Source of the DNA: Candidatus Levybacteria bacterium RIFCSPLOWO2_12_FULL_39_17
GTDB lineage: Bacteria; Patescibacteriota; Microgenomatia; Levybacterales; GWA1-39-11
Assembly: GCA_001782675.1 (NCBI GenBank)
Contig: MFPJ01000020.1
Location: 1 to 24,000, forward strand
Length of the DNA: 24,000 nucleotides
Direction of reading: 5' to 3'
Positions 22,386 to 24,000 of the stretch are shown in pieces. A program made the translations under genes and the position numbers. The notes below the pieces were generated by a model. The model worked only from the letters and a program-made list of their open reading frames with translations, searched no databases and was not told the DNA's origin. Numbering within the stretch: position 1 is the stretch's first letter; each line of letters starts with the position of its first letter.

Positions 22386-23861
22386 ATGAGAAATAAAAGG
22401 TTGTTATTAGTTATTAGTTTTTTTCTATTTACTATTTTCTATTTACTATTTACCGGGGATAAAGCCTATGCCGCGGCTTGTTCTAGCATTCCGGCCGGAG
22501 GAGATTACACTGTTTCATCCTCGTGTAACTTCTCAGGAACCGTAGATGGAGTGGATAACGGAAATCTCACAATAAATAATGGCACTACATTGACAATAAA
22601 TGCCGGTCAAACCGTTGTTTGGAATTCCGGCAAGAGTATTACGGTAAATGGTTCTATCATTATTAACTCAACGGGACAGCTAAAAAAAACCAATTTATGG
22701 ATGACAGATGCCGATTCAGATAACTATCCCGCCTCAACTACCCAAGTTGCTCAAGATAACGCACCGGCAAATGGGAGGAGACGAAACCTGATGAGCTCAG
22801 TAAGCTCTACCGACTGCAACGACAGCGATTCCACCTTGCAGCCTACCAGAACCTACTATACCGACGCCGACGCCGACGGTTACGGCGCAAGCGCTGGCTC
22901 GGAATGCCAAACCATTTCCACCTGGGGCAACAGCGCCTGCACAACAGCCGGTTCCGCTTATGCCAAAAATTCCGCAAGCACCTGTCGCCTAATTAGCGTT
23001 AGCGGCACCGACTGCGACGACACAAGGAATAATGTTTGGCTAACCTACAACGGTGTAGCTTTAGATGCAGATCAAGATGGTTATATTGCAAGCGGCAGTG
23101 AGCAATGGTGCGTGGGTAACTCTACTACGGTGAGCGGCAGAACTTATTATATGGATTACACCGGAATCTACAGGGGTTTGGTATATGGCCAGCAGCTTGG
23201 CTCAAGCGACTGTCTGGATTCTGATGGCACAAAATATCAGAACCTGACTGGCTACGCTTTTAGTTCGTGCGCCTTTGGCGCGTCCCAGCAGGTATGTTCC
23301 GGCTCTTCCTTGCCTAGCGGCTATTCGGCTAGAAACTATCTGTATGCCTTCTCCACCAGCACAACATATACTGGAAATTTAGGCGGAGTTACTGGGGCTG
23401 ACAGCAAGTGTCAGGCGCGGGCAAACGCCGCTGGCCTTGGCGGCACGTATACAGCCTGGATCTCACAATCAGCCACTACGGAGCCAAGGGATAGGGGCTT
23501 ATCAGCATGCGCCAGTGCTGGCGCTGGCAGCGCTGAATGGAGAGAAACAGACGGTACAACCGTAACAGTAAACAACTGGGCCGACTTAACGGATGGCAGC
23601 ATAGATAACTCCATCAATAGGAATGAAAATGGTAGCGCCGATTGTGGTTCCACATATGTGTGGACGTGCACTACATCGGGAGGGATTCTACATCAATATT
23701 GCTCGGAGACTCCAATTTGGGATTGCACGAATTGGTCATCTGCGGTTTCGTCAAACCAAGGTATGACTGGTCAGTGCACATCCGCCACCTATTGGACTGA
23801 TTTGGGGGAACTAACATGCGATCCTACCCTGCACTTATATTGCTTTCAAAGTGGGATTTAA
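22386..23861 (+). CDS. secreted surface protein with Asp-rich repeats and DUF1554-like C-terminal domain
   Basis: Signal peptide; 'YYTDADADGYG...DCDD' repeats; 'YLYAFSTSTTYTGNLGGVTGADSKCQARANAAGLGGTYTAWIS...' resembles DUF1554. Confidence 0.7.
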   Translation: MRNKRLLLVISFFLFTIFYLLFTGDKAYAAACSSIPAGGDYTVSSSCNFSGTVDGVDNGNLTINNGTTLTINAGQTVVWNSGKSITVNGSIIINSTGQLKKTNLWMTDADSDNYPASTTQVAQDNAPANGRRRNLMSSVSSTDCNDSDSTLQPTRTYYTDADADGYGASAGSECQTISTWGNSACTTAGSAYAKNSASTCRLISVSGTDCDDTRNNVWLTYNGVALDADQDGYIASGSEQWCVGNSTTVSGRTYYMDYTGIYRGLVYGQQLGSSDCLDSDGTKYQNLTGYAFSSCAFGASQQVCSGSSLPSGYSARNYLYAFSTSTTYTGNLGGVTGADSKCQARANAAGLGGTYTAWISQSATTEPRDRGLSACASAGAGSAEWRETDGTTVTVNNWADLTDGSIDNSINRNENGSADCGSTYVWTCTTSGGILHQYCSETPIWDCTNWSSAVSSNQGMTGQCTSATYWTDLGELTCDPTLHLYCFQSGI

Positions 23862-24000
23862 GCCGAAAAGTTATGGGCGAGCCATTGCCCAAAGGTTGAC
23901 CATCGGTTGGTAGATTTAAGATTTAAGCCGTCCGCTTTCCCTTCCAGAATAAAGTGTTTTATTCTGTCTAGCTCTTTTGCATAATCAATGTGGTCTAAAA
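23858..24000 (-). CDS. C-terminal fragment of an unidentified protein, runs off window end
   Basis: Manual minus translation: ...LDHIDYAKELDRIKHFILEGKADGLNLKSTNRWSTFGQWLAHNFSA*; open to the window edge. Confidence 0.45.
   Translation of the reverse strand, partial: LDHIDYAKELDRIKHFILEGKADGLNLKSTNRWSTFGQWLAHNFSA

Overview
This window looks like part of a Patescibacteria/CPR-type chromosome (inferred from gene style only). The AT-rich backbone carries: a partial RmlC-like epimerase (missed by the ORF track), an S1-domain protein, radA, a PIN/TRAM protein, a BrnT/BrnA-like toxin-antitoxin pair, a large YfhO-like membrane protein, a GT2+GT4 glycosyltransferase, a DUF11-type surface protein, rho, a LysM/M23 peptidase, an O-antigen-ligase-like/TPR protein, a PaaX-like regulator and a pilin/surface-protein cluster. 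A visibly GC-richer block (about 10.7-13.9 kb) holds a compact minus-strand array of small secreted or membrane genes. Three of its small ORFs are below or barely at the track's cutoff, or absent from it, yet have strong Shine-Dalgarno (SD) sites. Main leads: (1) three related 38-46 bp palindromes centred on CCACGATCGTG, upstream of the GC-rich operon, upstream of the PaaX-like gene (divergent from the TPR gene), and upstream of the pilin operon, suggesting a small regulon; (2) the GC-rich operon with a perfect 88-bp direct repeat in front of two gene groups; (3) many distinct 7-nt-periodic tracts, several in-frame inside genes (radA next to Walker A, seven tracts in the YfhO-like gene, and the signal peptide of a surface protein); (4) structured leader regions. 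No CRISPR array, tRNA or rRNA gene was recognised.
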